A stretch of 24,000 nt of DNA from Lacipirellulaceae bacterium (GTDB taxonomy: Bacteria > Planctomycetota > Planctomycetia > Pirellulales > Lacipirellulaceae): NCBI GenBank assembly GCA_040218535.1, contig JAVJRG010000008.1, forward strand, positions 206,320 through 230,319, written 5' to 3'. Positions 16,239 to 23,272 of the stretch are shown here, piece after piece. A model generated the notes under the pieces. It was not told the DNA's origin, did not search any database, and saw only the letters and a list, made by a program, of their open reading frames with translations. Position numbers and translations under genes: made by a program. How positions within the stretch are numbered: the first letter of the stretch is position 1; each line of letters begins with the position of its first letter.

Positions 16239-19200
16239 CTAGGCGTTACGGTTCGCTGCCGCAGCGGCTTCGGCCCGTTGGCTCATCCAGAGCAGCGCTG
16301 GCGAAGCAATGAAGATCGAGCTGTAAGTACCCACGAGTACGCCAATCACCAAGGCAAAGGCAAACCCGTGGATTCCGTCTCCTCCCAAGAAGTACAGAAT
16401 CAGCACTGTCAGCAAGGTAGTCAGCGACGTCAGCAAGGTACGCGAGAGAGTTTGGTTGATACTCTCATTGATCATCTCTCGCGTAAGCGTCGGGCTCTTT
16501 CCTTTCACCTCGCGAATACGATCGAACACGACGATCGTATCGTTGAGCGAGTAACCGATAATCGTTAGGAAGGCCGCTACGATTGGCAGGCTGATCTGGA
16601 ACTTATCAATCAGCAGAGCACTGGCGATCCCCGGGGCACCGTTGACGAGGTACCCCGTCAAAGCAATCACGCCCAAAGTCACCGCCACGTCGTGTACAAG
16701 TGCCACAACAGCGGCCAAGCCGTAAATCACCCTTTGAAAGCGGAACCAAATGTAGCCGATGATGCCCAGTAGGCTGATCACGATCGCAGCGATGGCATCT
16801 TTGCTCATGCGACCCGCAACACGGCCACCGATTTTATTGGCCAACGGGAAGACCGGCTCTGCGTTGGTCTTGGCTTGTAGCTCGGTAAGTACCTCGCGAG
16901 CCTCTGCTTCGGGAAGTGCTAGTTTAATCTCCCAAGTGGCGAAACCACGTGATGTGCTGGTGTTTTGCAGGTACTCATCGTTGCTCACGGCAACAGCAGT
17001 TCCCTGGTGCCCGGTTGCCTCGAGAGCTTCGTTAACCCGAAGCATCAACGAGTCGTAGCTGACGCCACTCTCATCGTCGTTGCCGCTGAAAGTGAGAACC
17101 GCTGAGGTGCCGTTTTCGAAAGGGTTTCCTTCGCTTGTGAAACCAGACTCGGCTGTCTCCTCCGCTTCTTCAGCGGATTCTTCACTGCTGTTTTCATTAG
17201 TCGAGGTTTCTTCGCTGGCCTCTTCTTCAGCGGGCTCGCTCGTCGTTTCAGCTTCTTCCGCTTCGCTAGTCTCTTCTGCCGTTTCTTCTGCAGTCTCTTC
17301 GACTTGAAGCATCAGCGGAGCAACGGGCAGCGTGCGAAGCAGGCTCGCCATGCTAACGTTACTATCAGCTTGTGCTGCCTCTGTGGAGGCTTGGTCGTCA
17401 CCTAGAGGAGTGACCTCGTCGAAGTCAACATTGTATTTACGAAGGTTGTCTCCGATGGTTTCTTTGATGATCTCCTGCACCTTCCCAACTTCTTCGGCGA
17501 CGGACGTGACTCGGTATTGAGTGTTGCCCTCGCCCACACTCACTAGCGACATGTTTTTGTCTTTTAACTCAGTTTCATCGAGCAGTGCTTTGACTTCGGA
17601 GAACTCCATTGGCTTGTCGAGAACCATCGTGACGGAAGTACCGCCAGTAAAGTCGATATTCAGCAAGTCAGTTCCGCGGCCAGAGATGCCGAAGATTCCG
17701 ATGCCGATTACAATCGCGGAAAAGACCGCAGCAATGCCTCGCTTGCCGAGGAAATCGATGGCCGTCTCGCCCAAGATGCGGCCCATGCTGAGGCCCTTGA
17801 GGTACTTGAGCTTCTCGGCGATGTCGAACACGAGTCGCGAAAGGAAGATCGCCGTGTACATACTCATGATGATGCCCAAGATGAGTGTTACGCCGAAGCC
17901 CTTCACACTATCAGGAGCAAACTTATAAATCACGATTGCTGTGATCAGCGTCGTGATGTTGGCGTCCACGATCGTTTGCGTCGCCCGCGCGAAGCCGTTG
18001 CGGATAGCCATTCTCAATGCGGCACCGCGTCCTAACTCTTCGCGGATGCGTTCAAAGATCAGCACATTCGCGTCAACCGACATACCAACCGTCAGTACCA
18101 AACCGGCAAGACCCGGCAGTGTGAACGCACCTTTGATGAGCACCATTGTGCCGAGGATCAGCAGCAGGTTCACTCCCAACGCGAGACAGGCAACGAAACC
18201 AGCAAAGCGATAGTAAAGCAACATAAAGACCACGACCGCTGCCAAGGAAACGCCAATCGCTAGCTTCCCTTTACGGATGGTTTCAGCTCCCAATGTAGGA
18301 CTGATGCGCTCTTCGCTAATCGGATCTTCGTTCAATCGGGCAGGCAGACTACCAGCGTTGATAATGCCAGCGATGAACTTGGCCTCTTCTTCGGTGCCAA
18401 CTCCGGAGATTTCACCGTTGCTGCTAATGCGACCGTTAATCGAGGGGGCCGATTTTAGCACGTCGTCAATCAAAATGCCCAGGTTGTACTTCGCCCCGGA
18501 AGCTTGCGGCAAATGCCTGCCCGTGAGCTGGCCAAACTTGTAAGCCCCCAGCGTGTTCATGGTGAACTGCACGTTGGGCTGGTTTGATTGATCGACGCCC
18601 ACGCGGGCTGCGCTGACATCTTTACCAGTCACATCAAGGCCATCATCAAGCGGAAGTAGAATAAGTACCTGCTCTTTGTCGCCGACCTTCCGCTTCACAT
18701 AAGTTCCTTCCGTGTCGCGACCGATTGGGCTGTCCTCGCGGAATGCAACCCAGCGGGCGACCGGTTCGCCGTCAAACTTCAAGATTCGCTCCCCCGGTGG
18801 CAAGGCCAGGGCAGCTTTGATCTTGGGACGGTGGTTGCTAAACGCGTTGGAGGCGGTGATACGAAATTTCAAGAGGCCGGCTGTTGAGATATTGCGTTTG
18901 ATCTGTGCCAACTCTTGTTGTGTCGCTGATGGAATGATGATTTCAACCTGACCGCGACCGTATTTGCGGATAGTTACTTCCTTGGTGCCGCTGGGATCGA
19001 CGCGTTCAATCAGCGCGGCGATCATGTTGTCCATATTGACTTCAGCGTTTTCCTCTTCTTCTGCGGCACTTTCTTCTCCGCCGTCGCCTTCGGCTTGATC
19101 TTCAGCAAGCTCGTAAATCAGCGTAATACCGCCGCTCAGGTCAGGGCCGAGCTTCACCTCACCGGTTTGATACACCACCGCCGCGGCAGCAATCGTTCCC

Positions 19201-19553
19201 AAAGCGAGCGAGATCTTCCAGCCGTGATCGGTCATCCGCCACTTCTTGGCCAGCCAGTTACCAATCATGGTTGGTACAACGAACAGGGCGATGACAACAC
19301 CCAGCGTGATGATCCCGGGGCCGAGCCCTTGCTCAGCCGCGTTGGCGGCCACGTCCGAGGGGTCCGTCGAGATGATCTTCCGATCCGCCTCGTCAACAGG
19401 CTTCTCTTCAGCCTCCTGCTCGACTTCGGTCTCGCTGCCGGAGAGTTCCTGACCGACTGACGGCGTCGTGTAAGCAAGCGGCAATACAATCGCTAGTCCG
19501 ACGATCAAGAAAGCCTGCATGAGTGAGTGTGAAGAGAAAAGTCTTGTAACCAT
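16239..19553 (-). CDS. secDF: Fused protein translocase subunit SecDF
   Basis: SecD hallmark GPDLSGGITLIYE plus six TM helices are followed by a SecF hallmark LNIDFTGGTSV plus six more TM helices in a single ORF. The likely ATG start is at 19553 (MVTRLFSS); the track uses a TTG at 19565. An acidic low-complexity insert sits in the SecF periplasmic domain. Confidence 0.93.
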   Translation of the reverse strand: MVTRLFSSHSLMQAFLIVGLAIVLPLAYTTPSVGQELSGSETEVEQEAEEKPVDEADRKIISTDPSDVAANAAEQGLGPGIITLGVVIALFVVPTMIGNWLAKKWRMTDHGWKISLALGTIAAAAVVYQTGEVKLGPDLSGGITLIYELAEDQAEGDGGEESAAEEEENAEVNMDNMIAALIERVDPSGTKEVTIRKYGRGQVEIIIPSATQQELAQIKRNISTAGLLKFRITASNAFSNHRPKIKAALALPPGERILKFDGEPVARWVAFREDSPIGRDTEGTYVKRKVGDKEQVLILLPLDDGLDVTGKDVSAARVGVDQSNQPNVQFTMNTLGAYKFGQLTGRHLPQASGAKYNLGILIDDVLKSAPSINGRISSNGEISGVGTEEEAKFIAGIINAGSLPARLNEDPISEERISPTLGAETIRKGKLAIGVSLAAVVVFMLLYYRFAGFVACLALGVNLLLILGTMVLIKGAFTLPGLAGLVLTVGMSVDANVLIFERIREELGRGAALRMAIRNGFARATQTIVDANITTLITAIVIYKFAPDSVKGFGVTLILGIIMSMYTAIFLSRLVFDIAEKLKYLKGLSMGRILGETAIDFLGKRGIAAVFSAIVIGIGIFGISGRGTDLLNIDFTGGTSVTMVLDKPMEFSEVKALLDETELKDKNMSLVSVGEGNTQYRVTSVAEEVGKVQEIIKETIGDNLRKYNVDFDEVTPLGDDQASTEAAQADSNVSMASLLRTLPVAPLMLQVEETAEETAEETSEAEEAETTSEPAEEEASEETSTNENSSEESAEEAEETAESGFTSEGNPFENGTSAVLTFSGNDDESGVSYDSLMLRVNEALEATGHQGTAVAVSNDEYLQNTSTSRGFATWEIKLALPEAEAREVLTELQAKTNAEPVFPLANKIGGRVAGRMSKDAIAAIVISLLGIIGYIWFRFQRVIYGLAAVVALVHDVAVTLGVIALTGYLVNGAPGIASALLIDKFQISLPIVAAFLTIIGYSLNDTIVVFDRIREVKGKSPTLTREMINESINQTLSRTLLTSLTTLLTVLILYFLGGDGIHGFAFALVIGVLVGTYSSIFIASPALLWMSQRAEAAAAANRNA

Positions 19554-19615
19554 TGCTTCAATCAACCTGTAAAAATGGGTGCCGCGGTGAGTCGCGGACT
19601 GACCGTATTGTTTCG

Positions 19616-20023
19616 CTACTTCTTATCCGCCTTCGTCTCGTCGGTGACAATCTCTTTGATGGCACTCGTGCCGATCCGCATCTTCGCGCCGGTGGCTTCG
19701 TCGATTTGAATCGTGACGATCTGCTGTTCTTTCTGGATGTTCGTGACCGTCCCGTGGATGCCGCCGATCGTGATCACGCGGTCCTTGGTTTTCAGATTTG
19801 CAATTTGGTCGCGGGTCTCGTTCTGTGCCTTTTGCTGCGGTCTGAGCACCATGAAGTAGAACAGAAGCAGGATGATCGGCAGCAGCGTCGTGAACGGCAG
19901 CCCGGCAAAGCCGCCGGGGTCAGCCGCGGGCTTCTTGCCTTCGGTTTCCGCCAACAGCCAGAAGCCTTGAGCCACCAATCCGCTGGAGAGAAAATCGCCG
20001 GTTAAATACTGAAGAACTGCCAC
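19616..20023 (-). CDS. yajC: Preprotein translocase subunit YajC (with N-terminal extension; start uncertain)
   Basis: The YajC core is LLPIILLLFYFMVLRPQQKAQNETRDQIANLKTKDRVITIGGIHGTVTNI. No ATG lies upstream of the TM segment, so the start is the GTG at 20023 or a downstream TTG. Confidence 0.85.
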   Translation of the reverse strand: MAVLQYLTGDFLSSGLVAQGFWLLAETEGKKPAADPGGFAGLPFTTLLPIILLLFYFMVLRPQQKAQNETRDQIANLKTKDRVITIGGIHGTVTNIQKEQQIVTIQIDEATGAKMRIGTSAIKEIVTDETKADKK

Positions 20024-20027
20024 GCCT

Positions 20028-20067
20028 GTGTTTCTTTGCCAGTGTTTCTTTGATAGTTGGGTTTCTT
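20028..20067 (-). promoter_or_regulatory. Triple AAGAAAC purine-rich direct repeat immediately upstream of the yajC start
   Basis: On the plus strand, gtgtttctttg occurs at 20028-20038 and 20042-20052, and gtttctt at 20061-20067. On the coding strand this reads AAGAAAC...AAAGAAACAC...AAAGAAACAC, then aggc, then GTG. It may act as an A-rich translation-initiation or leader element. The function is inferred only. Confidence 0.3.
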
Positions 20068-20210
20068 ATCTGCCTGTGCTACTTATCGGGAGCCTCAGCC
20101 CGGCCAGAGAGCTACCTCACTAGCTAGGCGAAAAATGGTTCGCTGGAACCAAGCGGGTCATCATAAATCCTAGCGCCGTAAGCAACAAGGGCGTTTGCAG
20201 GGCGTTAGTG

Positions 20211-20238
20211 GGCAGTCGGCAGGGGGCAGTAGGCAGTC
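20211..20238. repeat. GGCAGT-type short tandem motif
   Basis: ggcagtcggcagggggcagtaggcagtc contains three GGCAGT units plus one GGCAG. It is preceded by agggcgtt twice (20188-20195 and 20199-20206). It is intergenic, between tgt and yajC. Confidence 0.6.
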
Positions 20239-20243
20239 TCGAC

Positions 20244-20348
20244 TACCCCTAGCCCGCGAGCTACGCCTCGCGCGGAGAACTGGAGTACGCGTCGCATACC
20301 TCTCTAGCAAATTCCCGGCGGAGGCGTAGCTCCGCGGCTAGGGGAGTA
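20244..20348. repeat. 105-nt imperfect inverted repeat (REP-like nested palindrome) 18 nt downstream of the tgt stop
   Basis: The left arm is tacccctagcccgcgagctacgcctc (20244-20269). The reverse complement of the right arm gaggcgtagctccgcggctaggggagta (20321-20348) is tactcccctagccgcggagctacgcctc, so the arms match apart from a few mismatches or indels. Each arm also contains its own mini-palindrome (tagc-n6-gcta). Confidence 0.7.
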
Positions 20349-20365
20349 AGCGTCTCTTGAAGGGC

Positions 20366-21472
20366 TCAATCTTTGGCCCAGCCAGCCACTTTCCTCGCGT
20401 GAAACTCCTCAAAAGCGTCGGCGACAATCGCTTCGCGGGCTTCGGCCAGGAGGCGTTGGTAGTAGGTGAGGTTGTGAATCGAAGCCAGCACCGGGCCGAG
20501 CATCTCATTCGCTTGAAATAGGTGCCGAAGGTACCCACGGCTATGGCGGCAAGCAGGGCAGGGGCAATGCTTTTCGATAGGTTCCTGCTCCAACGCGTAC
20601 TTGGCGTTCTTCAGTCGCCGTGGCCCCTCGTCGGTGAAGACGAGCGCGTTGCGCCCATTGCGGGTGGGCATCACGCAGTCGAACAAGTCGATCCCGCGCT
20701 TCACGGCCTCCAGGAGGTCCTCGGGCTTGCCGACACCCATCAGGTAGCGAATACGATCGGTCGGCAGGTGAGGCGTGGTCGCTTGAATCGCGGCATACAT
20801 CTCAGGGGGCGGTTCACCGACGCTCAAACCGCCCACGGCGTAGCTCGGGAAGTCGAGAGCCACCATCGCCTCGGCACACTCGCGACGAAGCTGATGGTCG
20901 AGCCCTCCCTGGACAATGCCCAACAACATTTGGTCTTCGCGTGAATGAGCCCTCTGACAACGTTCCGCCCAGCGGACACTCCGCCAAGTGGCGTCGGCAA
21001 CGGCTTCGGGAGTGTTCGGCAGTGCGATCACATGATCGAACGCCATGATTAGGTCTGCGCCCAGATTCTCTTGAATCGACATTGAGCGCTCGGGCGTGAG
21101 CTCGATCTTTGAGCCGTCAATGTGCGACTGAAACGTGACTCCGTTTTCATCAACTTTCGAGCGATCCGCCAAACTAAAGACTTGAAACCCACCACTGTCG
21201 GTGAGGATCGGCCCTGACCACTGCATGAATCCGTGTAGGTCGCCCAACTGTGCGACCACTTCGTCACCCGGGCGAAGATGCAAATGGTAAGTATTCGCTA
21301 GAACCATCTGCGCGCCGGTTTCAGCAACGCGACCGATATCGACACCCTTAACCGTGCCTTGCGTGCCCACGGGCATGAAAGCGGGAGTCTGAACCGTGCC
21401 ATGCGGCGTGTGCAGCGTCCCACGTCGAGCGTCGCGGTCGGTATGCAGAAGGTCGAACTGGAAAGATGACAT
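20366..21472 (-). CDS. tgt: Queuine tRNA-ribosyltransferase (tRNA-guanine transglycosylase)
   Basis: 368 aa with an ATG start. Matches include [39 protein letters not shown], the zinc site [16 protein letters not shown] and NLTYYQRL. This is canonical bacterial Tgt. Confidence 0.95.
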   Translation of the reverse strand: MSSFQFDLLHTDRDARRGTLHTPHGTVQTPAFMPVGTQGTVKGVDIGRVAETGAQMVLANTYHLHLRPGDEVVAQLGDLHGFMQWSGPILTDSGGFQVFSLADRSKVDENGVTFQSHIDGSKIELTPERSMSIQENLGADLIMAFDHVIALPNTPEAVADATWRSVRWAERCQRAHSREDQMLLGIVQGGLDHQLRRECAEAMVALDFPSYAVGGLSVGEPPPEMYAAIQATTPHLPTDRIRYLMGVGKPEDLLEAVKRGIDLFDCVMPTRNGRNALVFTDEGPRRLKNAKYALEQEPIEKHCPCPACRHSRGYLRHLFQANEMLGPVLASIHNLTYYQRLLAEAREAIVADAFEEFHARKVAGWAKD

Positions 21473-21505
21473 CCGAAACTCCAGTAGCCGCGACGACTTC
21501 AGGCG

Positions 21506-21584
21506 AGCCGCGACCTAACAGGTCGCCGGGAGTTGGCTCGATGGATTGCGTACCGTTAGGCTCCGGCGACCTGTTAGGACGCGG
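21506..21584. repeat. 79-nt inverted repeat (nested palindrome) between the TPR-alphaCTD stop and the tgt start
   Basis: The left arm is agccgcgacctaacaggtcgccgg (21506-21529). The reverse complement of the right arm (21563-21584, extending to 21586) is agccgcgtcctaacaggtcgccgg, which is one mismatch in 24 nt. Each arm has an internal hairpin (cgacct-aac-aggtcg). It is flanked by tagccgcg (21485-21492) and cgcggctagg (21580-21589). It could act as the terminator of the upstream gene. Confidence 0.7.
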
Positions 21585-21620
21585 CTAGGTGCAATTGAGA
21601 GCGGCTGCACGAGCAGATGA

Positions 21621-22946
21621 CTACTCGCCCCGCAGCTTCAGCCCGGCGATGGTTAGCTTCTCGCGGACCTCATTGAGGCTCGTCACGCCGAAGTTCTTGC
21701 ATTCCAGCAGGTCGTCGCCGGTGCGACGGACGAGTTCGCCGATGGTGGTCAAACCGAGTCGGACCATGCACTTGCGAGCACGGACAGAGAGGTTCAGCTC
21801 GGCGATTGGGCGATCAAGCAGGGCCCGCTCGTCGTCGCTGAGGGCGTCGTTTTGATAGGCGGGCTCTTCTTGCCACTTGGTTTGAGCGAATTGGCCGAGC
21901 TCCAAGCCTTTCGAGTTGAGCATCTCGCGAATTTCCACGAGCGACGTCTCGCCGAAGTTCTTACTGGAGAGCAAATCTTGCTCGCTCGTTTCGGTCAGGT
22001 CGCCGAGGGTCATGATGCCCATCTTTTCCAGGCAATTACGGCTGCGGACCGACAGTTCGAAGTCGGTCACGGGAACGCTTAGCACCTGGGCCAAGCGATC
22101 TTGGCGGCGGCGAGCTTCCTCGTCGTACAGCATGTCCTTCGAAGCGTCGGAATCTTTAAAGTACAAGCGGGCACGTTCGTGGGCCGGATGCACGTCAAGG
22201 ATGCGCTGGTAGCACTGCTTCGCACGTTCGAACTGGCCGTTGTCTTCGTAAAGCAAGCCGAGATTCAGCAGAGTGCCGATGTGGGTCGGGAATTGGCCGG
22301 AGGCTTTCTCGTAAAGCTGACGAGCGTAGTCGTCATTGCCGTGACGATCGTTCACCAGTGCCAAGCCAAAGAGAGCGCCAGCGTGGCTGTCGTCCGACTC
22401 CACGGCACGCTCCAGTAGGGCAATCGCTTCAGTCGGGTTACCGCCCAAGGCAGAAACAGTTGCCGAACGCTGGTAGAGGTATTCAGCCGTTTGCTCGACC
22501 GCTCCCGAAAGATCGTCGAGCGTCTTCAGTGCTTCTTCGTTTCGCCCAAGATAACGGAGGGCTTCCGCTTTCGCGAGAGCGACATCGTCCTTGTTGTAGC
22601 CGGCTCGCTCAGCCGATTCATAGGCGGTGAGTGCCTGATCGTACTGGTCGAGAGCCAAATGGGCTCTTCCGAGATAGAAATGCGTCAAAGCGCCGCCATC
22701 GGCGTTGGTGAGCGTTTCGATCGCGTTGCTATAACGACCGACGAGATATTCGCAGACGCCAAGGCGGGCCGAGGCTGCTGGGGTGCGGGTTTCCTGATCG
22801 CGGAGCTCGGCGGTTGCCTCGCGGAGAGTGCGGAAGTTCGCATAATCAGCACTCATCGCCGCGGCGATTTGCTTGATTTCGTTCGGGCCGAATGTACTCG
22901 GTGAGACAACAATTTGCTTAATATCAAGATCAAGAACTTGCGACAT
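21621..22946 (-). CDS. TPR-repeat protein with two tandem RNA polymerase alpha-subunit C-terminal-domain (alphaCTD)-like modules
   Basis: The N-terminal ~290 aa are TPR-like (e.g. FYLGRAHLALDQYDQALTAYESAERAG, GTLLNLGLLYEDNGQFERAKQCYQRILDVHP). Two helix-hairpin-helix modules follow: FELSVRSRNCLEKMGIMTLGDLTETSEQDLLSSKNFGETSLVEIREMLNSKGLELG and LNLSVRARKCMVRLGLTTIGELVRRTGDDLLECKNFGVTSLNEVREKLTIAGLKL. Both resemble E. coli RpoA [56 protein letters not shown]. The likely start is the ATG at 22946 (MSQVLDLD); the track's GTG at 22988 would lie only 32 nt from the tRNA 3' end. Confidence 0.85.
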   Translation of the reverse strand: MSQVLDLDIKQIVVSPSTFGPNEIKQIAAAMSADYANFRTLREATAELRDQETRTPAASARLGVCEYLVGRYSNAIETLTNADGGALTHFYLGRAHLALDQYDQALTAYESAERAGYNKDDVALAKAEALRYLGRNEEALKTLDDLSGAVEQTAEYLYQRSATVSALGGNPTEAIALLERAVESDDSHAGALFGLALVNDRHGNDDYARQLYEKASGQFPTHIGTLLNLGLLYEDNGQFERAKQCYQRILDVHPAHERARLYFKDSDASKDMLYDEEARRRQDRLAQVLSVPVTDFELSVRSRNCLEKMGIMTLGDLTETSEQDLLSSKNFGETSLVEIREMLNSKGLELGQFAQTKWQEEPAYQNDALSDDERALLDRPIAELNLSVRARKCMVRLGLTTIGELVRRTGDDLLECKNFGVTSLNEVREKLTIAGLKLRGE

Positions 22947-23019
22947 AATGAATCTCTTAGGCTCCGGGCAGAACTCAGATATCGGCACTCAAAACGACAA
23001 TGACAGCATCAACGGCAAG

Positions 23020-23093
23020 AGCCAGCGGCGGGAGTCGAACCCGCAACCCCTGCATTACGAATGCAGTGCTCTGCCAATTGAAGCTACGCTGGC
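23020..23093 (-). tRNA. tRNA-Thr (anticodon CGU)
   Basis: The minus-strand sequence GCCAGCG-TA-GCTT-CAATTGGCA-GAGC-A-CTGCA-TTCGTAA-TGCAG-GGGTT-GCGGG-TTCGACT-CCCGC-CGCTGGC-T folds as a 74-nt cloverleaf. It has a 7-bp acceptor stem, a TTCGA T-loop and an anticodon loop reading U-U-CGU-A-A. G1-C72 and C2-G71 fit tRNA-Thr. CCA is not encoded. Confidence 0.9.
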
Positions 23094-23111
23094 TGATGCG
23101 GCGAATCTCAT

Positions 23112-23140
23112 ACATTAACGGATGCGTGTTTTTCCGGCAA
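23112..23140 (-). promoter_or_regulatory. Candidate promoter for tRNA-Thr
   Basis: The minus strand reads TTGCCG (23140-23135), a 17-nt spacer, then TAATGT (23117-23112). This places the -10 about 18 nt upstream of the mature tRNA 5' end. The match to consensus is weak. Confidence 0.25.
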
Positions 23141-23200
23141 TGGGCGGCGATTTGCGTCAAGCTCTCCATTTTCTGCCCGCAAAGCTCTAATTCTGACCGA

Positions 23201-23230
23201 TTACCATTTCCCAGCCCGTGTTACTAGAAT
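23201..23230 (+). promoter_or_regulatory. Candidate sigma70-like promoter for the sulfatase gene
   Basis: TTACCA (23201-23206), an 18-nt spacer, then TAGAAT (23225-23230), 42 nt upstream of the ATG at 23273. This is a sequence match only. Confidence 0.25.
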
Positions 23231-23272
23231 GGGCCTTATTCCCGTTACGGACTCTCGTTTCCAGGAACTCAT

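Noticed and set aside
17150-17310. Repetitive GAAGA-rich DNA considered as a possible CRISPR or tandem-repeat locus
   Set aside because: It is in-frame coding low-complexity sequence (Glu/Thr/Ala/Ser) inside SecDF. It has no regular repeat-spacer periodicity.
16759-19460. Series of plus-strand 60-135-aa ORFs across secDF, many of them Ser/Ala/Pro-rich
   Set aside because: They are antisense to a strongly supported SecDF gene. They form a fragmented set of frames with compositionally biased peptides and no motifs.
22947-23272. tRNA-Thr considered as a possible integration hotspot or genomic-island boundary
   Set aside because: There is no integrase, no direct repeat of the tRNA 3' end and no mobile-element gene on either side within the window. 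The neighbours are ordinary chromosomal genes.
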